Source: Ramazzottius varieornatus
Taxonomy: Eukaryota > Animalia > Tardigrada
Reading direction: 5' to 3'
DNA length: 64,000 nt
Assembly (NCBI GenBank): GCA_001949185.1
Contig: BDGG01000014.1
Location: forward strand, 1,271,378 to 1,335,377
The notes under the pieces were generated by a model that worked only from the letters and a program-made list of their open reading frames with translations, made no database searches and was not told the origin of the DNA. Shown piece after piece: positions 1 through 11,933 of the stretch. Made by a program: the position numbers and the translations under genes. Numbering within the stretch: position 1 is the first letter of the stretch; each line of letters opens with the position of its first letter.

Positions 1-462
1 AAATCAGTCCGATTTGAAGTGGTGTGCATATTCTTGTGAAAGTCTACTATAATAATCTCGTTAACACTGTAACAGACGCAGTCGGATATCCCAACGTACC
101 GACTTCATGTAGTCAGTTTACACTACAGCAGCGGAAATGCAAAACACATGGGCCAAAGGGACCCAGAGACTACACTAAATTCACTTTATCTTCTACTCCC
201 ATTACTATCTTTGAAACGTAGGAAACTTTGGGTGCTGGAAAAGCAGCGCGGCATTTTGACTGTCTACAAGGTTCGTCGGTGGCGCCATCTGCGAACTGAG
301 TGAGTTGTATACCGGTACACAGGTTTATTATAATTATTATTCTGGCGCCGAACAGACTCCGAAGATGCATAGGCTTGAAAGAGAGAAGTTTGCTGAATGC
401 CCTAACCAATATTTCGTTGCTGTTCTTCCGTTCAGACAGTTCAAAAGTAAAGCGACTTTGTG

Positions 463-918
463 TCATTCGTTTCGTGTCACAGCCGGTGGCAGTAAACTAA
501 AGTTTAGGGGCTCAGGTGGAGGAGCACTAGGACCAAGGTGACGAGTGCTGGTCAGTGAACGATTGTCAGCGGGAGAAGGCATAGTGGCAGCTTCCGCGTA
601 GGAGGGAGGACCCGTTTCGGCGTACGTGGGCAGGCTGGGGGACAGCGGCGAGGGGCCTTGTATTGCTGGCCGAAGGATTGGCAAATCGTCGGCTGGCCAC
701 GATTGATGGTGGACCGTCGTCATCTCGCTTTCCCTGACGGGAAGGTCTTCATCCGAGAGGGCAGCTGTATAGTCTTGACTTGTGATGGTGACTTGCTGGG
801 TTTCGATGGCCCCATCAGGAAGTACAGTCACCACCGTCCCGTCAGGGAACACCGTCTCCGTCATCCCTTTGGACACTACAGTGTGTACCGCTTGCGACCC
901 CTGCGCAGTGGCGGACAT
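463..918 (-). CDS. Hypothetical 151-aa disordered protein with LPTY, PPSY and PSAP motifs
   Basis: The open frame from the ATG at 918 (MSATAQ...TRNE*) is preceded by an acceptor-like ttcgtcag near 932. It is Pro/Ser/Thr-rich, with FPDGTVVTVLPDG, LPTY, PPSY and PSAPP. No recognised homologue. Confidence 0.55.
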   Translation of the reverse strand: MSATAQGSQAVHTVVSKGMTETVFPDGTVVTVLPDGAIETQQVTITSQDYTAALSDEDLPVRESEMTTVHHQSWPADDLPILRPAIQGPSPLSPSLPTYAETGPPSYAEAATMPSPADNRSLTSTRHLGPSAPPPEPLNFSLLPPAVTRNE

Positions 919-1389
919 GGTCTTCTTGTTCCTGACGAAGCAGATATTCAGCTGCGGTGACAGGGACTGGTAGCCTATTGGAGCTTGGCAGGGAATAACT
1001 TGAGTAAAGAAGGCTCTGCTACAGGGCTCAGATATGGATGTACGGAAAACAGTTGACAATGTCTTGTCCGCTCTTTCCCCAAGGTAAGTTATGAGCCTAT
1101 TTCGCGCAACGTCAAGTGGACAAAACGCTGCAGTCTTTTCGTCCCCATGTGGTGCTGCTAAAAGCTGTTTTGCGTTGGGAAGGAAGCTTAAGTTGAAGTG
1201 TTGTTGGCCTGGCTATGAAAGTGTTGACGGTAATTTGTACGAGCAGTTTGAAGTACCAGCCTAAACGCTTGTAAGGCGACGCGTATGGCGTATACTTGAC
1301 TGCATCAGTCAGTAATTGCAGCCTTTGCAAAACGGCCAGTTTCGCGTATAGGGTTGAATGATTTTAAGGTTGCACAGCCTTTTCAAGCA

Positions 1390-2130
1390 ACAGGCTGAAT
1401 GGAAGAAGAAAGACTCCAACAGGCGGTACGTAGTCTAAATGTTGGGGCTATAATGGTGGCTCGCTCATATGACGGAGTTCCTGGTAGATGGTCTTGCAGC
1501 AACGGTGCATGCAGGCCTTGAAGCAGATTCCTCATGATTACCCATCCTTCCATGAAGACTGCTCTCCGATGTTCCGTGGAATGGCCACAGCCTCATTCAA
1601 AGCTCTGATTCTGATAAAGTTACAAGCAGCTGCGCTTGTAAAAACGGGTAGGAAGAAGGCATGAAAAGGGGGGCTTTGGTTATCATGAGGAAGGTGGCCA
1701 CGCCCAGCGCGGCACCGTGTTGGACGAGGTAGATGTGCGCTAGAGGAAACAGCTGCCCAATCAGAAGGAGAATCAGCACTGCCTTCTTCCGAATGGCGAA
1801 CCCTGGAGGAGGAGCCTGAGGGGCACGCAGAGGCGCCGGCGCAGTTCACGTTGTGCGTACCCATCGCGCAGCACAGCTAGAAAGCCGGACGGGAGGCTGG
1901 CCACTCCGGCCTCCAACCAAGCATCGACCTTGGGATATTCAGATCTATAAAGAAGCCTGTATGTAATAGATAGCCGACACTTCCAAATAAAGGCAGAAAA
2001 AGGGATTGAATATACAGAGTTGAAAATGGACCTTGAAGAATGAGTCTTACTGACTCCTTCGCCGACCGAAAGAAGGAGCCCCATGAAGACTTCATACAGT
2101 GCAGTACAGTGCAGCACAGCGTTGCGGGAA
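1390..2130 (-). pseudogene. Degenerate (frameshifted) MS4A-like paralogue of the gene at 3132-3939
   Basis: Segments in different frames resemble the neighbour: YEVFMGLLLSVGEGV vs IQIFMGIALVIKEAI, followed by a donor at the same position; GVASLPSGFLAV vs GVACCLVGAISV; CCAMG vs CARMG; FHAFFLPVFTSAAAC vs YTFMLIFVYFSAAVYC; PSYERATIIAP vs PPGYAHAIAP. I could build no continuous spliced frame, and there is a TAG at 1877-1879. Boundaries are approximate. Confidence 0.45.
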
Positions 2131-2476
2131 CATATGGATACACAGGAAGGCTAGCAGACATCGCATCACAGTCTCCTCATTGTCCCTAACAAAGTTAAGT
2201 CTTATCATGCGATATTTTTACGGTTCTCTTATGTGCCAAGAACAAGAAGAAGAAGGGCTGATGAGTTAGAAGCCGACGAAAGCTTTGACGCAATATCCCA
2301 TTGGCTTTGTCGGCCTGGCTGTTGTCCTTTATTCGGACAGAAACAAGGTGGTGCTACAACCGTTTCGGTAGGTTACAAAAGTCTTTCTTATACTCGTCGT
2401 AAGGGAAGAAGGTTCCCTGCATTGGTTAATAACAGCGATGATCTACAAAAACTAGTTTATGGAGGATAAAGAGTTG

Positions 2477-2924
2477 CGTACACGCACGATGAGATCTTAC
2501 GGGCCAGTAAAAATTACGGACCAGGCCCCTTCGCTACGGCGGCACGGGCAGGTGATTCTCTCTTCAAGTAAAAACCACATCGAAGGCTGCACTGCTGTAC
2601 GTGCCTGCTGGATATTGGGGAGCTAGAGCTTGTCATATTAAAGTTATAGCAGTCAGATCTTCATTATACCTTCAACAGTTCAAACTATTCCAAGGCTTCT
2701 CCGGCCTCCGGGAGAAAGTCGACAGCAGCATAGAAGCGTTAGAGTAGAACAGCTAATCAGCTGATGGACACTGTCCATGACAATTTTCTACGGTTGAATT
2801 TTATTTTCAATACGTCATTTGTGCGATTTCTGTTCCGGACTTCCATACAAATTGTAAATTTGCCGTCTTTTCCGCCTGGCCCGTAATTTTTACTGGCCCG
2901 TAATATCTCGTCGTGCGTGTACTG
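2477..2924. mobile_element. MITE copy 1 (Tc1/mariner/pogo-type non-autonomous element)
   Basis: Imperfect TIRs of about 50 bp: gtacacgcacgatgagatcttacgggccagtaaaaattacggaccagg ... cctggcccgtaatttttactggcccgtaatatctcgtcgtgcgtgtactg, followed by TA at 2925-2926. Same family as 23118-23328, in the opposite orientation. Confidence 0.85.
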
Positions 2925-3131
2925 TAATTGGTAAAAAGCTGATGAGATAGTACAGTGCTGAATATGCATTTCTTCCGGCGGTCACGTGACGTCGTCGTTA
3001 CCATTGATTGATGTTAAAAGACCACGTGACCACAGGGCACTGTAGAAGCATAGTCTAGGGAAAGATGGGCATGAGCGTCCATGTTAGAATATAGCTGCTT
3101 GATGGGTTCTCCCGTCGGAAAGGCGCTGGTG

Positions 3132-3939
3132 TTAGTGGGTGAGCATGCTCGTAGAAATGTAGGAATTGGCAGGAACGTGGACACTGACGCTGGAGGGCGC
3201 GATAGCATGAGCGTAGCCCGGTGGAGCAGCCAGGCTTCCTTGGTGTCCATGTCCATGACAGGGGTTGACCGAGACGGGGTAGGTGGGCAGCGGATGAGAG
3301 ACGGTGGTGATGGTGGTGGTCGATAGGCCGTTCATCAGCTTGGAGCAGTAGACTGCCGCCGAGAAGTAGACGAATATCAGCATGAAGGTATAGAGGGTCT
3401 TGCCCAGGGAAGAGCCCAGCAGGACACCGACCATCACGCTGCTGAAGTTGACGTGAAGGGCGAAGAGCACAGCGGAAGTGCCAGCCAGAACCAGGTTGAA
3501 GAAGATACCAAAGCGAAGGGCGCAACGGCTGGGTGCTTGGACGCCCATACGGGCACAGTGGACGCTGATAGCGCCAACCAGGCAACAGGCCACACCGTAC
3601 CATACACCGTCAAAGTAGACGCTGCTTCCCATCGATTCACCCGTTAAAATGGTGCTTTTCACGTCTCGCACGGCTATATCTGCAATGAACAAACTATTAG
3701 TATAGGATACCGTCATATCCTCAAAAAGACAAGTACGGATATAAAGAGCCTTAGAACTTTTAAAAATAATGATGCGGTAACTGAGGTGATATGAGACACA
3801 GGTGATGTTCGCTGGAAATGAGGATGGACCTACCGATGGCTTCCTTGATGACCAGCGCGATTCCCATGAAGATTTGGATGGCACCCAGAGCGTTGAGAGC
3901 TGACCGACGGCCGGCATCCAGTTGACTATGAATAAACAT
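3132..3939 (-). CDS. MS4A/CD20-like four-transmembrane protein with C-terminal PY motifs
   Basis: Exons 3939-3834 and 3679-3132, joined by a phase-1 GT-AG intron, give MFIHSQ...LGAIQIFMGI (MS4A TM1 motif), GVWYG (TM2 motif), two further hydrophobic helices and a tail with LPTY and PPGY. A possible extra terminal intron (about 3188-3126) would move the stop to about 3084. Confidence 0.75.
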
Positions 3940-4523
3940 CCTTCCGTCTGCACTCTGGCCTGCTATCCGGACACGCTACTGCAAAGAAAGGAATTGACCA
4001 GATGAATCAGCCGAGTCACTCACAAGCCAGTCGACTTCACCGGGCAATAGAGCAGAAGGGGGTCGTAGTGAGTAGTAACGTAGGACTGATATGAAGTGCT
4101 GGAAGTTGAAGGAAAATGCTGACTATATTCTGTGTCGACTAGACAACAATTCTGTGTTGAAGTGGTTATCGGCAGAATCAGTTCGTTCGGCTTGATGAAT
4201 TCTTTGTCTGTGCAACTCTGTTGCAGCACTTGGGCTGCCTGGTTGTGGGCGGACCGGAAGAGGGGCTTTTTCCTTATCTCACGTTTTGTCAACCAACTGT
4301 GACTGAACCTGGCAAGTGTCACAATGGATGAAGCCTACCGCTGTACTATGGACTATCGGTTTCAATACCAGCTCTTCCCCTGGAATGTTAACCCCTTTTC
4401 AATGCTGCGCTGTGCCGTTTCTTTTCTGTCCAGCGAAGAGCCTTGTCTGGGTAGTGTTCTCAAATAGAACCAGAAGAGTAGACGTTAAATCACAAGTACT
4501 GTAAAGCGCGAACCAAGAAGCTA

Positions 4524-5691
4524 AGTACACGCAACACGGGAAATTATGNNNNNNNNNNNNNNNNNNNNNNNNNNNNNNNNNNNNNNNNNNNNNNNNNNNN
4601 NNNNNNNNNNNNNNNNNNNNNNNNNNNNNNNNNNNNNNNNNNNNNNNNNNNNNNNNNNNNNNNNNNNNNNNNNNNNNNNNNNNNNNNNNNNNNNNNNNNN
4701 NNNNNNNNNNNNNNNNNNNNNNNNNNNNNNNNNNNNNNNNNNNNNNNNNNNNNNNNNNNNNNNNNNNNNNNNNNNNNNNNNNNNNNNNNNNNNNNNNNNN
4801 NNNNNNNNNNNNNNNNNNNNNNNNNNNNNNNNNNNNNNNNNNNNNNNNNNNNNNNNNNNNNNNNNNNNNNNNNNNNNNNNNNNNNNNNNNNNNNNNNNNN
4901 NNNNNNNNNNNNNNNNNNNNNNNNNNNNNNNNNNNNNNNNNNNNNNNNNNNNNNNNNNNNNNNNNNNNNNNNNNNNNNNNNNNNNNNNNNNNNNNNNNNN
5001 NNNNNNNNNNNNNNNNNNNNNNNNNNNNNNNNNNNNNNNNNNNNNNNNNNNNNNNNNNNNNNNNNNNNNNNNNNNNNNNNNNNNNNNNNNNNNNNNNNNN
5101 NNNNNNNNNNNNNNNNNNNNNNNNNNNNNNNNNNNNNNNNNNNNNNNNNNNNNNNNNNNNNNNNNNNNNNNNNNNNNNNNNNNNNNNNNNNNNNNNNNNN
5201 NNNNNNNNNNNNNNNNNNNNNNNNNNNNNNNNNNNNNNNNNNNNNNNNNNNNNNNNNNNNNNNNNNNNNNNNNNNNNNNNNNNNNNNNNNNNNNNNNNNN
5301 NNNNNNNNNNNNNNNNNNNNNNNNNNNNNNNNNNNNNNNNNNNNNNNNNNNNNNNNNNNNNNNNNNNNNNNNNNNNNNNNNNNNNNNNNNNTTGCAACGT
5401 CACTCATAAGCGCAGCAGCTGATCAGAACTTTGAATAGTTGGGCAGCCACCATGCTTCCCAATGCTAGCCAACCGTAACTCCGATTACGCTACTTTTCGA
5501 AAATAAGAGGAGCTTCGGAAAGCAAAATGCAGTCACACGTCACGAAACGGGCGGAGCAAGGCCGTAGCTACAGTTGCAAAGTGAACGGGTGTTGCAAGTT
5601 ATTAGTAAGAATCATCTGCCCGTGCCGCAGTAGCGAAAAGACCTGTCCCATACTTTTTACTGTCCCATACTTACCCATCGTGCGTGTACAA
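4524..5691. mobile_element. MITE/transposon copy 3, spanning the assembly gap
   Basis: The left TIR start ta-agtacacgcaacacgggaaattatg runs into the N gap. The right end atcatctgcccgtgccgcagtagcgaaaagacctgtcccatactttttactgtcccatacttacccatcgtgcgtgtac matches the ends of copies 1 and 2. The two ends could belong to different copies. Confidence 0.7.
4549..5391. other. Assembly gap (843 N)
   Basis: Run of N. Confidence 1.
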
Positions 5692-5797
5692 TATCAGCAG
5701 GCAGTGTTAATACTGTGATGCTTATAAACTTTGCGAATGATATCACAGTATGTGTAGAGTCCACAAATGTGATGACCCATACAGCATACGCTTACTG

Positions 5798-5840
5798 CGA
5801 CGTCACTTCGCGAAGGTCATGATGCATTACAGACTTCCGG
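5798..5840 (+). promoter_or_regulatory. Putative housekeeping promoter upstream of TMEM62
   Basis: CRE-like CGACGTCA (5798), palindrome CTTCGCGAAG (5806) and ETS-type ACTTCCGG (5833), followed by splice-like signals toward TMEM62. Confidence 0.35.
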
Positions 5841-6751
5841 TGCGGTTCAAAAGCCGGGGACTGCGAAGGCAGATTCACCTGTCAGTATTTGTCTTGGAAA
5901 CTATTCTTGTTGGTGGTGACGAAGGCTTTTCAGATGAAATTCTTGAGATCTTAACCGCTTCACTTCTCTTCAACTGTCGGCAAGTTCTACAATGTCTGTC
6001 CTCCGGCTTGCTTCTTCGACGGTCGTTTGCAGGTTCTTCTCGCTCGGCATGTCAAGGTCCTGACTCCTCAGTCATTGTCGCAGTAGCCATGCTCACAAGC
6101 CTTTCCTCACTGTAGCTCTGCGGCCTCTGTCAAACAGCAGTCCCGTTCCTCATTCGCCTTTGCGGAAACGTTGCAGAAAGCTTCAGGATAATGATGTTAC
6201 GAAGGAGAGCTTTTCCTAGGCCCGAAGTCCGAGAGAAGTCGAAGATAGTAAAAAAATTTTCGATGGAAAGCACAACAGTGGCGCACCCAGTGGATGACTC
6301 AACCTATTGAAGGTATCGACAGCAGAGAAGGGCTTGTTAGACGTCGCATATAAGCCGCCCATGGCAAGCCTTAAGGTGGAACTGATCGGTCAACCTATAC
6401 TCACGTAACACTTGATAAATTTGGGGAAATTCTCTTAAGTCTGAAGGCTTCTGGAAACGTGTGTGGCATAATACGATTGCGCTTACTGATCTGTTGCAGG
6501 ACGCGGCCCTATCTATCTACAGGCACACTGGAAGAAAGGCCGAAGAGGATCTACAACGAACGGGGGAAGAGCGGCATCTTCCCCTTTCCTATCCAGCCTA
6601 TACGCTCTTTGTGGCTTGTTAGCAGTGGACCTGTACTTCGCAAGACATCATCCTACAAAGAAGCTACCAGTTCCCACATCTACGGCTGGAGAGGAACGAC
6701 GCGCGGCGGTCTGGTTGAAGTCGAAGAGGCTGGGAGACATTGCTGCGAGTG

Positions 6752-9700
6752 ATGGGTGTTGCCGTCAACGCCTTGATCTTGTTGGCAATGCCTATGCTGC
6801 TCATTGCTTGCCTTCTTATGCTCATTATGAACTCCATCGCCATCAGCGAAGCCATCCTCCCAGCCTTCCGTCACTTTGAAGACGAGGAATCACTGGCACA
6901 GCGTAAGCTGTCCTGGCAGAAGGAAGCGCCGACGGATTCCCTGGATCATCTGCTGTGGTTTGTCCAGGTTGGAACGTAGTATGTTCACTGAAATGAAGTT
7001 GACTATATCCTCCTCATCCTTTAACTCAATGATGCTGACTGTGACTCTTCTTGTATGTAGATCACGGACCTACATGTCAGCGAATATGTCGATCCGAAGC
7101 GCATAACCCAGCTGGAGCAGTTTTGCACGGAGACGGTGGACACGATCCGGCCGGCGGTGGTTATTTCTTCGGGTGATCTGACCGATGCCAAAACGCCGTG
7201 GGGATCGCATCAACACGAGTGGGAGTGGAAAGAGTATTCGCGAGTGTTACGAGAGACCAAAGTGGCCGACAAAACTGTCTGGCTGGATATCCGCGGCAAC
7301 CACGGTAATCCACAGCTGATGGTGAATTTTCCTGATGGTCTTTTGGCCTCTATAAAGTCCTCTTGTGTTGCAGATACCTTCAACGTACCATCGCGAGACA
7401 GCAAGCTGAATTATTACAAGTATGTCAGATGGTTATATACAGCTGCCGTCATTTCTGCCGGAAGATTTGGTGTGGCGAAGCGAACGATGTCAATGGATGT
7501 TTAGGTCGCATGCCCAACGTGGTAACGAGACGTCGTACCATTACGTCCACAAGTACGGCTGGGATAAGGTCTCCTTCATCGCCGTCGATGCAGGCAGGTC
7601 TTACAAGAAGCAACTGTCTTGACGTACTGCTCTGTAATGATCGATGGTATTGCAGCACCTGAACCTGGCTTCCGCAGGCCCTTCAACTTCTTCGGAGTGG
7701 TGACGGAGGTTTGTCGGCCTTTGTCTTGGCATCGATCACCGATGATACTTGACTCTCTTCCCTTCACAGGAAGACTTGGCTAGGTTGACACAGCTGGAGA
7801 TAGAGAGCCGCAGTAGTAACGTCACCATTTGGTTCGGTGGGTAGCGTAGTGCACCGCACCGCAAATGACTGAAACTGTAGGGCCGTGGTCGTCGTCAAGA
7901 AGGCTGGGACATAATGCTCATCGTATTCTTCTTGCAGGCCATTATCCCACTTCCATCATCAGCGCTCCACAGCCAGGACTTCATAATGTGATGGCGTAAG
8001 TACTCTTTGACCCAGCGTTCAAATGTCCATCCCCTTTCTCTAGCAGGCAGTGCGCCATGAAGGTTCGATTAGGTTAAGCTGTATCCTTATTTGTTAGAGG
8101 GGGAATAGCCTACTTGAGCGGACATCTGCACACACTGGGCGGCCTTCTACCCGAGCTCTACGCTATGCAAAAATCTGTAAGTACCAGTAGCAAAATAATT
8201 GCGGATATGAAGCCGGTACTCTTCTGCTAAGTGGAAAAGGCTGTGGCAGCCGCACCGTCAAGGCAACTGACATGTTGAATTATGTTGCCATATTGGTCTT
8301 GTTATTGGACGGACAGTTCTCCTCCGCAGGGCACTCTGGAGCTGGAACTGGGTGACTGGAAGGATAATCGGCTGTAAGCTCAGTACAACTCGATACCGGT
8401 CTGGTGCCGTTACTGGACGACCAGCTATCAAATGTCTTGTGTTTGGGCAGGTTTCGCATCATCGCTGTGGATCATGACTTGTTTTCCTTTATGGACCTGC
8501 ATTTCAACCAGCTGTGGCCCGTGGCCTTGATCACTAATCCCAAAAATGTCAAATTCTACGCTCCAGTTCACGAGCCACTCGATCGTATTTCTCGCTCGAC
8601 ACACGTACGGTAGGGCGCCTTCTGCTATTTGCCAAGACCATTGTCAAAACCGTATCCCATCTGGCCCATTTTTTCTATCAAATGTTTGACAAGAACCCCA
8701 GAGAGGTTGGTGCCGGCGCGGCCCTGACAGCCAGAACCCTAGGAAAAAAGGCAGCTTGAAGTGGCGCGCTGGACAGCCAGCTAACATCCTAAGTGATAGG
8801 GAGCTGTGGATTTTATACTGGTTGCAGCTGTGCTGTCATTTGTAGGATCATCGCTTTCTCGCCGGATGGAATCCAGAGTGTGGAAGTGCAGCTACCGGAA
8901 GAGTTGAGCTTTCAGCCGGCTCGGCAAGTCCAGCAGTCGGCGCTGTATGTCCGGCCGTGGAACGCCAGCCACTACGACACGGGGACGCACACCATCCAAG
9001 CTCGCATCACCGACAAGGCTGGTCGAGTGCGCTTGATCAGGCAAGACTTTGCCACTTGCGAAGCGGAAGTGCCCGTCTTTGGCGTCATGAGGCGGCTGGT
9101 CCTGATGGCCGATTTGGGGCGGGTGTTCTTCACCATGACATACGGTACTGCCGGTTCCCTCGTCCTGGTATTACTGGTCTTTGGCACCACCGGTCCAAAG
9201 ACGCTGTATTCGCTGGTGGTCAGAAAGTTGGGCTGGGACAGTGTCTCCTTGGCCATCCTGCGTGACCTGCAGGCGGCCATCACTTTACCCTTCGTCTTCT
9301 GGACACTCATCTTGGTGACGACCTACACCGTGACAAGTAAGTACTCCACTACTCTCCTCCCAGTTCCGCTAATGAGACTGGCGGGTACTTTGCTCACAAG
9401 AACTACACCTACGGTCTCTTCAGTGTACGAAACGGCACTTTGGCTACGCCGACTGAGCAAATTGGGCATTTGATGGCATTCAGAGATTTTGGCCTTTGCT
9501 TATGGCGCTCAAATTAGGGTCTACATTGGCCAGAGAGGGGGAGGCGACCTTCGACAGCTTACAATCATAGGCAAATGATGTGGGTGGGCGAAAAGTGAAA
9601 GCATGCTGAATTGGTCATTTGTGCCTGTTTAGCTATGGGGAGAGAAGGCTAATATTGTAAATAAAGAAGCGAACTTTTGAGATTGGCCAACGTCGCCGAC

Positions 9701-10331
9701 GACTAGCTTTTGATGAAGCGAGGCGTATCGTAAGCACGATGTGTTATTTTCAGTGCCGTGGTTTTACGGAGAGATTGTGGAAGGAGAATGGGGAGTAGTC
9801 TTCCCCTACGGCATATGGATGGAGAGGTCCAATCGCTGGCTGACCGGCCAGATGACGTTAGTAACGTCGTTCTCTGCATAGGCTCTTGATGTCTGTTCGG
9901 CCCTTAACCATCTTTGCTTCTCTGCCCAGGTACATGTACACCGTCACGCACCTCTTCATGCACTGTGTACCGCTGACGTTATGCACCATTTTGTATACGC
10001 GGTCGCGACTGCGCCATCCGCAATGGCGTTACCACCGCTTCGTCTACCACCTCGTCTTTGCCTTTTTGATCATCTGGCAAGGCTGGAGTTTGCGCATCTT
10101 CCATGACTCTTATGGAGGCCTGTCGGTCCTGACCAACGGACTTCACTTTATCACAGGTACGCTTTAACGCACTGGCCGCTTTCCTGTTAACGTCAGGACT
10201 GATGTTCTATCCACTTTTTATTGTGGTGACTTGTAGGCATACTGGCCACGCTCTTTTTGTGGTGGAAATGCTGGAGAGTACGAGGTCAACATGTGGCGCG
10301 GTCAAGCCGACCACCTTCTTCACGGGAGTGA
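6752..10331 (+). CDS. TMEM62: Transmembrane protein 62 (calcineurin-like metallophosphoesterase domain plus C-terminal TM segments), multi-exon
   Basis: The spliced frame gives an N-terminal anchor, WFVQITDLHVS, SGDLTDAK, WLDIRGNHD, RRPFNFFG, WFGHYP, YLSGHLH, ELELGDWK, RIIAVDHDLFSF, then TM segments. Stop TGA at 10329-10331. Confidence 0.92.
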
Positions 10332-11933
10332 AGCACATAAGAAGCGCCTCGGTGCAACAGGTCAGGCCGACGCCAGTCTCTTACTGATAAGGCTTTAACT
10401 GGAGCTGAAACAGGCCTTTCCCCTCAGTGTTTTTCCGGCTAAATGTTCCTTCGACTACGACATGAAGGCTTGGGGTGGACCAAAGGTCTTTACTCCCGAG
10501 GCTTGCCCATCTGTGGGATAATTCCTCTCGATTAACCGACACTATGTGATATTATGCAGTAATTCTGCATCGCAGCTACACCATCTTCTTTCAAAATCTT
10601 TCCCCCCCTCCCCCCAAACCTCCTGCTTATACTAATTCTTATGCTTGGGCGTAAACTGGTTAGACTGATGGTGAGACTGCCGCCGGAATGGTGTTTAGCG
10701 CGCGCGCGCCGGTGTAAGTGGGCAATAGGGCGCACTTGTGGCGTATGTAGTCAGTGGCAAATGGGTTTTCCCTTCCAGCAGCAGTAATCTGCTTGTGGTT
10801 GTCTACCTAAGGGTCAAATCTTTCCAGCCACAATTAAGATCTGCCGCTCCTGCTGGTGGTGCATAATCGGCATCTTCCGATTAGCGGAGATCATGGGCCA
10901 ACGCACGGGTACCAGCCAGTGATAGTTGCCTCGTAGATAAGATCGAGAAGGATACAGTGTAGAAATGGTAGAGATATCTGCTCCGCCGGAAAAGCAGCTC
11001 CGCTGCAGACTGGTCTAAATTAAGAACATGAGCAGATGCCTAGTTTACAAGCCGACAGCTAACAAATGGAAGGCAGCCATCAGCCATTACGACGCCGAAG
11101 ACTGTTCTCGCTAAATGCTCCGTGAGGCCTAAAGATCTCCAAATACTCTGACGCTGCAAAAGTCCCCATGTTGATGGCCATGTCCAATGCAGTTTGCCTG
11201 CCAACCTGGTCCGATACTTTACAAAACGGTACGTCAGTAAAAAACAAGTTGTGAGTAACCGGCAAAATAACGAGCGAATGTTCCTTTGCAGGTCCAGCGA
11301 ACAACTATGGAGCCACGCCTTGATGCTGTGGAGGAGAGCGGATGTCCTATCTTTTCTTGTCGCTACTGCACTACTTTCTGACAGCTGACGGTGAGTTTCT
11401 TACGCTTTATAGACAAACAGTGCGCCATGTTCCAAAAAAGCTCCAAAGTGTTGACAAATGAATTTGGGTACGAAGTCGTACTATTACTGTCATCGACTGA
11501 AATGTTGAACGCATGAAAGATGGCTACAATGGGGTACATTTCTTGGGGAAGAAAGTGAGCATTACAGGACCTTGCTGATAGTTGAAGCGGGAAGCCTGCA
11601 AGTAAGGCTGGAATTGGGTTACGGATCTTGATTGTGTCACTGTGCATCGCGCGATGTTGACTTTTGACAAACTCTATAAATAGTGTCAACTGCGCGCGGC
11701 TTGGACTCTTGGCCCAGCGCATGGTAATCTTGGGCGGATTCTGCGGGAGATGATCATGTGTTGCTCTTCTTTGCAGGGAAAACATCACGTCATCGTCATG
11801 GATCAATAGCTGGAGCGTCCTAACGAAGCGTTCTTATGACGAAGTTTGTGGTTTGGTGGTCAGACCATCCTGCTGTATGGATCAGTGGTAGGTCGGTAGC
11901 CACAGCCAAGCCAGCAGCAGCAGTAAGTTCCAC

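Noticed and set aside
4399-5409. Long ORFs of X residues
   Set aside because: Artefacts of the N gap.
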